This document shows, piece by piece, positions 11,464-22,319 of a stretch of DNA of 64,000 bases (within the stretch, counting starts at the first letter, position 1; each line of letters begins with the position of its first letter). The translations under genes and the position numbers were made by a program. The stretch comes from Rhizodiscina lignyota (Eukaryota), in the NCBI GenBank assembly GCA_010015805.1, contig ML978123.1, positions 1,302,001-1,366,000 on the forward strand, written 5' to 3'. The notes beneath the pieces were generated by a model. It was given only the letters and a program-made list of their open reading frames with translations, had not been told where the DNA came from and searched no databases.

Positions 11464-14400
11464 ATGTCTTCTCCGGCGTCGCGTCGCACGCAGCGCGCAT
11501 CACAAGGCCCTCAAAGTTCACCTGCTTCCGCTCAACTACTTTCTGAAGCGTCCGCTTCGCAGCGTCAAGATGCCAATGGCACCCCGAGGAATGGCGAGAC
11601 TCAAGATAGCGGAGTTACAGCATCTTCACCACTGTTCTTTCGTTCTTCTCCTGCCAATGGCTCTGTCGCTGGGAGTGCTCCGCCTGTGAGCTCTCCACTA
11701 CGCCAGGTGACAGACGGTGATAGAACCCCTCGAGCTTCAGCCCAAAACGTCGGCGGTAAGTGTAACGAACGTATCACAAGAGTGAGAGCCCGACTAATGT
11801 ATGCAGATTCGTCTCCTATCCGCTATGCGTCCAGTTCGAGTGTCGTTGGTCAGCGATCCGATGCTCCAAATCCCCAAAGCACTAGCAGCGCCCTTTTCGT
11901 TCGCTCTTCACTATCAGATACTCTTCGGTCCTCTGCCCGGAACCGACGAAGCGACATACAATCTGAAGTATTCGGTTCGAGCGTATCGCGCCGCCGTAGG
12001 CTTTTTGTCGACGAGAATGGCATGCCTGTCGGGAACGAGACCGGCTCCGACGCTGCGACATTCTCAAATATGGATCCAAATACGTCGGACGCCAATGCGC
12101 TCGGTGGCGCTTCCAGTCAAGTAATCTGGGGTACAAATATCTCAATGAGTGACACCATGCATGCGGTGAAGGACTTCTTTATGAATTTCCGAAAGAAGTA
12201 TCGCATGGTGACAGACGGTATACTAGAGGAAAACGAGCAGCTGGAGCCAGACCACCCCGGGAACGAGAAAGAATACGTCGAAATGATGAAAGTCATGCTT
12301 GAACTCGGCGTAACTGCTTTGAATCTCGACGCGAGGAATCTAAAGGCATATCCACCGACGAGAAAACTGTGGCACCAATTGCAAGCCTTCCCGAACGAAA
12401 TCGTCCCGATTATTGATGTGGTAATCAAGGATTCTATGATAGAACTCGCAGAGAGGCGAATGAACGAGATGAGAGTGGAGCAGGCAAATTCGAGGATGCG
12501 AGACTCGAGCTCTCTACCGCCGGTGCTCAGTTCAGAAGCAGATAATCAGAATGGTGGCGAGGCTGGAGTATCTTCAAACGTTCCAGATCTTGTGCGAGAC
12601 GTAGAGGGCAAGATCTATAGGGTCAGACCATTCGGACTGGATAAGACAATCAACTTGCGCGAGCTAAACCCCGGAGGTATGCGCCCTTCATGGAGTTGTC
12701 CAGCATGGAAGCTAACAAAACTGTAGACATGGACAAACTCGTCAGCGTCAAGGGCCTGGTTATCCGGACTACTCCTGTAATTCCAGATATGCGCGATGGT
12801 ATGTGGCCCGTGGCAATTTAAATTTTTTAATCTAACAAGTCTATCAGCTTTTTTCCGTTGCTCTGTCTGTGGCCATACTGTCAAAGTCGACATCGACCGC
12901 GGCAAGATTGCAGAACCAACACGCTGTCCTCGACCGATATGCGCCTCTTCCAATTCGATGCAGATCGTACACAATCGCTCCGGCTTCGCCGACAAGCAAG
13001 TCATCAAGCTGCAAGAGACCCCGGACAATGTTCCCGATGGCCAGACGCCGCATTCGGTATCTCTCTGTGCTTATGACGAGCTCGTCGATGTGTGCAAAGC
13101 TGGTGATCGCGTTGAAGTCACTGGAATCTTCAAATGCAACCAAGTCCGCGTAAATCCAAGACAGCGGACCGTGAAAAACATCTTCAAGACATTTGTAGAT
13201 GTTGTACATATCCAGAAGGTTGACAAGAAGAGGATGGGCATAGATACCTCAACCATCGAGGAAGAGCTGGCAGATCATGTTGCTGGCGACATCGAAGAGC
13301 ATCGAAAAGTCTCTGAGGAGGAGGAAGCAAAGATCAAGGAGACAGCCGCACGACCCGATGTCTACGAGCTCCTCTCGCGTTCTCTTGCGCCGAGTCTTTA
13401 TGAGATGGACGACGTGAAGAAAGGCATTCTCCTCCAGCTCTTTGGCGGCACCAACAAGTCCTTTGAGAAAGGCGGCAGCCCAAAGTACAGGGGTGACATC
13501 AACGTTCTCTTGTGCGGTGATCCCTCGACAGCAAAGTCTCAGCTTTTGCAGTACGTCCACAAAATCGCGCCTCGCGGTGTCTACACAAGCGGAAAGGGCT
13601 CTTCAGCCGTCGGTCTCACTGCATACGTGACTCGCGATCCCGAGACACGGCAGCTGGTGCTCGAGTCCGGTGCTCTTGTCCTCTCAGATGGTGGCGTTTG
13701 CTGCATCGACGAGTTCGACAAGATGTCAGACTCTACTCGCTCGGTGCTTCATGAAGTCATGGAGCAGCAGACCGTTTCTATTGCGAAAGCAGGTATTATC
13801 ACGACACTGAACGCGCGCACGAGCATTCTCGCCTCCGCAAATCCGATTGGCAGCAAGTACAATCCGAACTTGCCAGTTCCACAAAACATCGACCTTCCTC
13901 CGACGCTCCTTAGCAGATTCGACCTGGTCTACTTGGTGCTCGACCGCATCGATGAACAAAACGATCGCCGGCTGGCGAACCATTTGGTGGGAATGTATCT
14001 GGAGGACAATCCGGAAAATGCAAGCTCCGCAGAAATTCTGGTAAGTCCATTGACAAGAGTTTGCAGACCTTATATGCTGATACTTGATGCGCTAGCCCAT
14101 CGACTTTCTCACAGCGTTCATCTCGTATGCTAGGGCGAATGTCCACCCACGTCTCACTCAAGCCGCCGCAACTGCGCTGACGGATTCATATGTGGCCCTT
14201 CGTGCCCTTGGTGCCGATGTTCGCGCTGCAGAGCGCCGCATAACCGCTACAACAAGACAGCTAGAATCGATGATTCGGCTGTCAGAAGCGCACGCAAAGA
14301 TGCGGCTGGCAACTGAAGTCACGGCGGACGACGTCCACGAGGCCGTGCGACTCATCAAGAGTGCACTCAAAGAAGCTGCTACTGATCGTCGCACGGGGCT

Positions 14401-14695
14401 GATTGACATGGGTCTATTGACCGAGGGCGTCAGTGCAGGCGAGCGTAGGAGAAAGGAAGATCTGAAAGCTGCAGTACTTGGAGTTGTCGATGAAATGACT
14501 TCCTCAGGCGGCAGCGCGAGGATCGCAGAGCTCGTGAGACGAATGGGCGACCAGCAAGCACAAGATGGAAACGGTGGCCAAGTTGACTCTCAGGAAGTCA
14601 ACGAGGCTTTGCGAGCGCTCGAAGCAGAGGGTAGGGTCATGATCAGTGGTGATGGCGCCAGAAGGAGCGTGAGAAGGGTTACTGGCGTTCTGTGA
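11464..14695 (+). CDS. MCM4: DNA replication licensing factor MCM4 (Cdc54/Cdc21)
   Basis: S/T-P-rich N-terminus, IWGTNIS, zinc finger CSVC..CPRPIC, Walker A GDPSTAKS, Walker [10 protein letters not shown], arginine finger [23 protein letters not shown]. Four introns starting about 11756, 12677, 12799 and 14041. Confidence 0.97.
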
Positions 14696-15052
14696 CGGAG
14701 CACTGGGTAACATGAATGATGAGCATACTGTGGGTGATACCAATTAAATACATAGTGGAGTTCTGGCTTTGTTTCGCCTGCGTGGTTCTAGAATGTCATG
14801 TTAATGGTCTCAACGAGATACATAATTGAATAGCCAGAGACAATCAGCATTAAAAACGATGACTTACTGTTGAATGTTCGACGGAAAATTCCATATGCCT
14901 AATCGATGTGTTATTGTGACTGCGTTGACAGTGTAAATTCATACCATGCCGATCTGTGCCAAGTCCGGTAACGTGCCCATTTATTTCTACCTGTTCGACA
15001 CCTTCCCCCAACTCCCAACTTGGTTCTAACCACAAACGCTAATTTCAACAAT

Positions 15053-15505
15053 ATGGCACCGCCTTCGAAATTGGCTGTGGCTACTTCTGTCGTCAAAAGG
15101 CTCGTCAAGGAAGAGGCAAGTTATCATAAAGAGCAGGGCCAGCAAGAGGCTCGGATCAAAAAGCTACAAGAGGGGAGCAGCGATGAGAATGCAGAATACA
15201 TGTTGAAGCAGGAGGTATTACATTTATTTTCCCGTTGAATCGTTCGGCGCTAATTGGATGAAGCAACAAGCACTGGAGGAGACGAAGAAGGTCTTTCCTT
15301 CCCTGCGGCAAAAGATTCAAGATGCTCTCGCCAAATTAGAGGAGGAGCTCGTAAGTAGACTTCCAAGACTTACGTCTGATTCTCCAGCTCATGCAAGGCG
15401 TAGGAAGCGAACAAAGCAGACGGTGGTAGTGCTCCTACCGAGGAGGTCACAAAGGCAAAGGAGGTTGTGGCAGAGGCAAAGAAGGCCATTCGAGAAGTCA
15501 CTTGA
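15053..15505 (+). CDS. RBL2: Tubulin-specific chaperone A (TBCA/Rbl2)
   Basis: MAPPSKLAVATSVVKRLVKEEASYHKEQ...ENAEYMLKQE|QQALEETKKVFPSLRQKI. Two introns; ends ...AKKAIREVT*. Confidence 0.9.
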
Positions 15506-15857
15506 AAGCAAATTCTGCGAGCTGAGACGTGGCATACTGCAATCATTTGCCTACGGGGTGCTGAGCATAACGGAACGATATATACATTCGTCGCTAGACG
15601 CTCGGGAAACAGAAGTTCCCTGCGTGAACCACCCGGTCAAGCATTTGCGGTATACTGTGACAAACATCGTGCCAATCCTGGTCGCCAATCCTGGTCGCCA
15701 AACTTTCGATTTCATTGTATCACAGCCGTGATATGTACCCCAAAATATCGCCCGTGAGTGCCTCACAGGCACGTAAGAGCGCCAGCCTATTCTTGCCGTA
15801 AGATCTCATCACCACATCGAGACCGTTTAATGGTCGGCGGCAAAAAAGGACTGTTAC

Positions 15858-17008
15858 TCACGCCTCATCCATCGTCTCCGGTGGCACATCTTCTTGCTCT
15901 TCGCCCTCCTCGATATCTTCGTCGGCGATGTCACCCTGCACATCTTCAACTTCACCCATTTCAGTATCCTCACCCTCCTCTCGCTGCGATTGAGACTCAG
16001 CTCCTGCAGGCGAGTGCACACGACTTCCGGAACCAAAATGAGGAGGGTGAGCACCGTGAAGAGCATCTTCCTCATGTCGAGACGGCGACGACGAACGACT
16101 GTTTCGGCCAGTAGGTAGATTGGGAGCTAGCAGATCATTCGGAAGTGGTCGAAGAGGCGTTGCTCCACCGGCGTCCACCTCTTGAGAAGGATGTGCAGGT
16201 GTTACTCCACCGGAGCCCAGTGTTGGCGTTCCTGGCCGACTCGCTTCTCCATCGCTCACTCCTTCCATGCCCTCCTTCCTTTCGGCCTCCTCCTTCTCGT
16301 CTCGGATGAGCCTGAGCATCTGCCTTCCTTCCTCCACGATCTTGCCAAATTGATCCCTTCTCTCCGCCCACGTTTGTGCGTACGATCGAGTCTCACCTCC
16401 CAACGCTTCGTTTTCGACCTTAAGCCTGTCGAGCGCCGCCTGCTGGTCATCTCTTGGCTTCAACATCCTGTTGCCGGTGATCTTCTCAGTCCTCTCGTCG
16501 TACGTCTTCCGCAACGCAAGAGTATTTTGCGCCTCTTCAAGTTGTTTGCGATACTCGACGGTAGTATCTTTTGTCGACACCGCCGTAGTCTTGATCTTGA
16601 GCTTCGATGCCTCATACCTCTCACGCTCCTTCACGTTGGTTCTGCTCAGGAGTTGGATGCGAGCCATACTGCTTTCCAGTGCCAGAAGATCGAGCTGAAA
16701 CTCCTGGCGCCATTGGGTTCTGCTGTCGGCTTGTTGCTCGCGAAGAGTTTGCTGTGCGGCAGCTTCTTCATCCACAGCTGAAGCATCTTGCGGTGGCGTG
16801 GGGTATGCGATTGGGGTTGTGTAGATGAGTGAATCTGACGCCAAAACTCGTCGCGCAACTCGCATATACGGACGCGTTTCTACGTTCGAAAGGCGCGTTT
16901 GGTGATGCGCATCTGGTAAATATGACGGTAAGTAAAGCTCACCCAAGCAAATCGATCTTACATACCTTCGTCGGCTTGGTCCAAGATGCCATAATTGTGG
17001 GAAGTCAT
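15858..17008 (-). CDS. THOC7: THO complex subunit 7 (Thoc7/Mft1-like)
   Basis: Spliced start MTSHNYGILDQADE|DAHHQTRLSNVETRP, coiled coil ARIQLL..TN..ERERY, L..AQ.TL..RKTYD, acidic low-complexity tail. Confidence 0.8.
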
Positions 17009-17370
17009 TTTTCTGTTTGGTTGTTGACTCTGAGCAGAGGTTTTCCGAAAAAGGTTGCGCATGAGATCTAAGCTGGGTGGCAGGGGTGGCAGGAATACGC
17101 ACTAATCCCTTTTTAGTATATAGTGGGGCGTCCGCGGCCCAGCCTCCAAACGTATGCTATTGTTCACAAAAAGAGCTATCGACAATAGGAAGTCGCAGCT
17201 ACATTGAAAAATGGGAGCAAAATTCTTTTCATCAGATCAACCTACTCTTTTCATTTCCTACACCTTCACACTCGGCTCGAACCATTTGGATTACTGGCGT
17301 TGAACGCTAAAGACCTCCATCCACACCACAACCACTATCACCAATACAAGCCGACGTCATATCATCCAAA

Positions 17371-17964
17371 ATGAACAAATCTCTCTACCACATGGCCATC
17401 CGTCGTCTCGTTCGCTCCAAGGACCAACTCGAGGATGTCGGCGACATCCCCTACGCCAAGATCAGACCTGTTCTGGTCAAACTGGAGCGGCCCGACCAAT
17501 TGCGCCTGATCGAAGTCAACTCCCCTCATCTCGAGGCTCATACGGCCGAGTTATGGCAAAACTTCTTGCGACGCGACGTCATGTCTTACGAGCAAAACCC
17601 AGTCGTCCCACCAGAAGGCATGTCTTGGTACCTGATGTACGTCAAGTTGAAGAACCGAGCCGACAGAGTGCAGCGCAGGCAAATGGAGGAGATGAGGAAG
17701 AAGTTCGAAGCCCATGCCGATGAACGAGAACGGAACAAAACTGTCATCAACGATGTCCCGCCTGCTCGCTACCATGAGAAGCAAAAACGCCGGGCCAGAG
17801 CCACCACTCGTCGAACAACAAGTCCCCAGTCTCGCACGGCTGGAAAGAGCATTGGCAATCTACACATACGCCAAGCCAATCCAGTCTCCGCTCGTGATCG
17901 CGAGAGCATACTGGCACAGATTGCGAACCGGCCCAAGAAGACGAAGCCGACGCCTTCGGCGTAG
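17371..17964 (+). CDS. Elongin A (RNA Pol II factor SIII subunit A/Ela1)-like protein, short and intronless
   Basis: BC-box-like SLYHMAIRRL, then DVGDIPY..IRPVL.KLE.PDQLR.IE.NSPHL...T.ELW..F..RD and SW..MY.KL, matching the Elongin A domain pattern. 197 aa. Confidence 0.8.
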   Translation: MNKSLYHMAIRRLVRSKDQLEDVGDIPYAKIRPVLVKLERPDQLRLIEVNSPHLEAHTAELWQNFLRRDVMSYEQNPVVPPEGMSWYLMYVKLKNRADRVQRRQMEEMRKKFEAHADERERNKTVINDVPPARYHEKQKRRARATTRRTTSPQSRTAGKSIGNLHIRQANPVSARDRESILAQIANRPKKTKPTPSA

Positions 17965-18513
17965 ACATCCAGCTACGAACTTATGTTGCAGGCGTACGGA
18001 GTATTCGGTAACAATGCCTAACTGCTGCAGGCATAGCGTATGATGGAGTTCACGGAAACGGACTAGCGACATCCAGTTTTGTTTAGTCGTTTTGGCATTT
18101 TCCCTTTTCTCACTGGCAGCTGGTACACCACGGAGTTAAATAGACATGAATCAATGACATCAATTCTCCTTGTTCTAGCCCTGGGAGCACAAACAAATTG
18201 ATTGATATGTTCTGTTCAAATTGGAAGTAAGAGCAACGCTTTGGCTGCCTACGGGATCATCCGACCTTGCTCGACTGCGCTCACGCTATTTGCTGAGTCG
18301 AACTCTATTTCTTGCACTATGTACCAAGTCAGATTAAATCTGTGCTGAACGTGAAGACCGTCTTGTCTACAGAAGACCAGGTTGACTCTGTGCGGAATCT
18401 CCTTACTTGGTGCGCGATGACTTGCGAATATTTCATAATTCATTCAGAAGTGTGAGCTCGAGGATACACAGACAAACGGTTCAAATTTCGCTCTCTATTT
18501 ATTCAACTTTCTT

Positions 18514-20214
18514 CTATTCCTCCCACACGGATTCCCAAGTAACATCAAAACCAGAGTCAGCGCTCTCTTCCCTCTTCTCGCCCGCTCCGCACCAACACTC
18601 GTTCTCGCAGCTGCAAACCATCTGCCACGCCTTAGGCATAATAGCTCCAGCAACTGCCTCCGCTGCTCCTGCTACTTCTTCCGGCTCCTCGCCCATCGCT
18701 ACGAGCATTGATTCCACCTCCGCCAGCCTCTCCTCCAGCGCCTCCGTCCACTTCGGCCACAGCACCTCCATATGAGTCCAGACGTTCCCCGCGTTGTAGC
18801 CGCTGAGGCCTGGTACGCCGTACTCATGGGCGCACCAGTTCCGCACCTTCCTTGACACAGCGTACTGTGCCACCGGCCTCGTCGTCACGGGGAAGTCACT
18901 CTCAACTACGTCCAGGACGGAACGCGCCTTTCCGAGCAGCTGCTCTTTCCGCCGGACCCACTCCTCGAACTCGTCACTCTTGCGGCGGTACTCGACGGCC
19001 ATCTCTTGGTCGATGACCCATGCGAGGCAAGCGCTATCTTTCGCAGCCTGCATCGAGAGGCTCCCGCAGCTCGAACCCGTCGATCGGAATGCGTTTGCGT
19101 CGACGTTGTCCTTCTTCAATGCGGACTCGACATGTCTGATGTTTTCGAGTCTTACCGCAAGAAGTGACTGCAGCTCGAGCAGCCGGCTTCGCGACATTTC
19201 CGGAGGCTGATCGACCACCGCCGCCGCCGAGTCCGACCGCGTGACGGAAGTTTCGTTGGAGATACTGTTGCTCTTCTCCTTCTCAAACTCCGCCGATCGG
19301 TGAGCATACGCTTGCTCCCGCTGCAGCTGTGCTGCCGTCTTCTCGTACAGGCCCGTCTCCAACACAACGATATAATCGCCAGTCTGCTCTTGAGCTGGCA
19401 ACTCGTTGGCGACGCGCATGCCTTCCCTCTCCGCAACTGTCTCCACCTCTTTCAACCTCATCTCCAGGTCTTCCACGATCCACGCCAGGTTCTTCTCCAG
19501 CTCTGGGAACACGGTACTTACAAGTACCCAATGCTCCTCCACAGAGTATCTGAGCCGGCTCTCCTCTTGTGACCGGTATCTACGTCCAGGTACTCCAAAG
19601 TCATGTGCGATACAATGTCGCACCATGTTTGCCGGCCGTTCGTGACTCCACGTGTCCAAGTCGTACATTACGAGGGGTGCGCTGTGTCCCCTGTGTGCCG
19701 TACTCTGGTAGAAAGACAGAAGTTGTGCCAAGCATGGACCCACGTCTAGTGATGAACGGAGGATCTCTGCGATGGAGTCGTATCGGATCGTGCATTGCGC
19801 AATTGCGCGCTTTGCGAGGAGGTGTTCGGGGGAGTGCGGGAGGAGGATGGAGGTGAGGAATGTTTCTTTGTCGATCTTGTAGTGCGTAATCAGCGCTGCG
19901 ATCTGTCGGATCGAATCGTACGCTGATTGTATCGTAGCTGCAGTTCTCTTAAATGTTTCATATTCTTTGGCATCTTTTGGCCATGGGAATCGACTGCTTG
20001 CTAAATGTAGACTACCATCTTTAGAATCTACGAAGGCCTCACCCGAGTCGATGGATGTGCTTTTGGTGGTGATAGGAGTCTCCGCATGGCGTTTACCATT
20101 GTGTTTCGGAGAGCGGAAGAGGGAGACAACGAACGTCAAAGAGTTTAATGGGTTTCGAAACTTGGAGATTGCGCGCTCGATGGCGGCTTCGACATAATTC
20201 TTACAATTAGACAT
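18514..20214 (-). CDS. Intronless 566-aa protein with two internal repeats, each carrying an R-x4-H motif; candidate tandem HEPN (DUF86/HepT-like) ribonuclease
   Basis: Single ORF. Repeat 1 VRHCIAHDFGVPG...EEHWVLVSTVFPELEKNL...LEMRLKEVE; repeat 2 VRNWCAHEYGVPG...NVWTHMEVLWPKWTEALEERLAEVE. The ORF is well supported; the HEPN call is from motif recognition only. Confidence 0.6.
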   Translation of the reverse strand: MSNCKNYVEAAIERAISKFRNPLNSLTFVVSLFRSPKHNGKRHAETPITTKSTSIDSGEAFVDSKDGSLHLASSRFPWPKDAKEYETFKRTAATIQSAYDSIRQIAALITHYKIDKETFLTSILLPHSPEHLLAKRAIAQCTIRYDSIAEILRSSLDVGPCLAQLLSFYQSTAHRGHSAPLVMYDLDTWSHERPANMVRHCIAHDFGVPGRRYRSQEESRLRYSVEEHWVLVSTVFPELEKNLAWIVEDLEMRLKEVETVAEREGMRVANELPAQEQTGDYIVVLETGLYEKTAAQLQREQAYAHRSAEFEKEKSNSISNETSVTRSDSAAAVVDQPPEMSRSRLLELQSLLAVRLENIRHVESALKKDNVDANAFRSTGSSCGSLSMQAAKDSACLAWVIDQEMAVEYRRKSDEFEEWVRRKEQLLGKARSVLDVVESDFPVTTRPVAQYAVSRKVRNWCAHEYGVPGLSGYNAGNVWTHMEVLWPKWTEALEERLAEVESMLVAMGEEPEEVAGAAEAVAGAIMPKAWQMVCSCENECWCGAGEKREESADSGFDVTWESVWEE

Positions 20215-20741
20215 ATTGGGTGATTGCGATGTGCTCTACGAAGCTGGGTGTCTACTCGATGTGGTATTCTGATGAATATCCCTCGTAATGATGTTTGGAA
20301 CGATTATATGTATGCGTGAGTTGCAGAGATGAATGATGAGACAAGATGAAGAGAGAAGAGACGAACATTGGAAGGAAGATATAGGCTGTACTGCTGATCA
20401 ACCGCTGGTCACATCACAGTTGCCTTGAAGTGATAACCGTTGAAAATTGTAGGCAACTATTGCATTTAATGAGGGGGGACGACTAACGGTCTCGATGCCT
20501 CCAATAACATTTGAGATGATGACAAAGGACAAAGAAATACTTCCCTTGTAATCCAAGTCATTATTATTCGAATAAAGACTACTGGACTGTTCAGTAACTG
20601 CCAATAACCATGCGCGTCTTCCTTCGGGGGGGGGATCAATCGGTGGTATATCCGCTCGGTATTGTCGAAGCATCGAGGTCGCAAGCCGAAAGCATGTCAT
20701 CACCGAATCGACCCAAGATGGCCATGCAGCGATTCTCTCCC

Positions 20742-21419
20742 TTATTTCTTCTTGTCGTCTTCCGTCGCCGGCGTGCCATAATATTTCCGCAGAAGCCTAT
20801 CCTCTTCCCCACTCCACCTCGCGTGCCAATGCACCAGAACAGCTGCCTGCGCTAGAAACCACATTCCGATCCCTGGAAGATTTGTATCGCCCAGCTTCAT
20901 GAGGTACAGCAGATGATACAGGTTTGCTGGCACGCCCTCTTTGTCCACAAGCCCATCCCTCGCAAAGCCATATACGATATGGAGTAGCTTTTCCCAGCCA
21001 TCGTCTGCTGGAGTAACTGAGCAGAGGAATATAACTGTCTCGGTCTCGCTAGGATTGAAGAAACGATGCAGGTTTCCTATCTGGACGTCCACCTTTTCGC
21101 CTGCTTCGAGGTGCTTCGTCTCCCCGTTATGTTCGACTCCAAGGACACCTTTCTCGCACTCGAATGTTTCGACGTACGCGGTATGATAGTGCAAAGGATT
21201 GCCTTGAGCTTGGTTAGAGGAATTTATGACAATGGCGAAGACAATTGATCCTCACTAACCTCCACCGCTCCGAAGGGTGACTCTAGCCTTGCAGTACTTC
21301 CCACCGGTTTCATTGGCATACTCCAGAAACTCGACCTCATCTTGAAAGATAGGGTTTCTGATCGTCCGTTTTCCAGGGTCGCTCAGGCCGAATGGAACGT
21401 AGGTGGTCACAGACATCAT
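20742..21419 (-). CDS. Cupin-2 domain protein
   Basis: Exon 1 MMSVTTYVPFG...IRNPIFQDEVEFLEY. Intron about 21207-21259. Cupin motifs PLHYHTAYVETF and GEKVDV..GNLHRFFN. Confidence 0.8.
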
Positions 21420-22319
21420 GAGTCCAGCGCTGAATGAATCGAAATACGCTCCGCGGGCTCAATGGCTCCAATCACCAGGCCAGAAATGTGCCAGAAAAAG
21501 AAATAAAAGACGCAGAATAGGACGGCTCCCCTTTCGTGAAGCCAAAACGCGTACGGACATAATTTCATATGTATGTGGTTGAAACATGCATTAAATCCTA
21601 CAGGTCTTTCGGTCGAGAGCAGTTCAGCCTCGACGGAGGATTCGGAGTAAGAAAGAGCTGGCTGGGGAATTCGCAACATTTACTTGAAGCGGAATGCCAA
21701 TTGTCGCAATTAGAAATAAACATAGTCGCTCCAGGCTCGCAGAACTCTTCACGCGATGATTCGCAATCTCAGTGGAGAAACTGGTGTTAGTGGATCGATA
21801 TACATACTGCGGCTTCGGAGCGTGGGAGTATCCAGGTTTTGCGTTAGGCGTGTAATGTTCGTACGGACGGTCTAAAAGCGCACTTTCGGTCCAATACGTT
21901 GTTCCATAGAAATAAATTCCTCGAGGAGACTAAAATTACTCGCTAAAGTTGAGGAGACTTGAAATTTTATGGTTCTCAATTTGTTTTCAATTTGTTGTTA
22001 TTTTGATTGTTCACTTGCTCCCTTTGAGAAGAGGGCATTCAATTGATTGAATGAGCTAGAAATGGGAAACAAAGTGCCCATGAAACATTGACAAGCTAAT
22101 TGATGGAGTCTCTCTCAAGCTAGCGTACGAAATAAGAAAGTGATCTAATCGCTAACTACTAGAATAGATATCGACGGTCATACTCCTCCGAAATTGCTCC
22201 AGCACCGATTTACGCAATAGTCCGAAGGCCAATTCCATCTCTCTCGTGCTACTCTTGCGCCATCTGATCGTGATCCTTGTTCGGATCAATTTACAGAGAA
22301 AGTAGGGCTTTCGTCCTGC

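Noticed and set aside
15671..15701. 13-bp tandem duplication (GCCAATCCTGGTC, about 2.3 copies)
   Set aside because: Isolated slippage duplication between convergent genes, with no spacers or array structure.
21900..22160. AT-rich patch with a short direct repeat (GAGGAGACT) that might be a RIP-degraded transposon
   Set aside because: Too short, with no terminal repeats, target-site duplication or coding remnant; consistent with a terminator or intergenic region.
22140..22319. Possible degenerate extra C-terminal domain after the NRPS-like stop codon
   Set aside because: The frames read downstream are short and show no recognisable motif.
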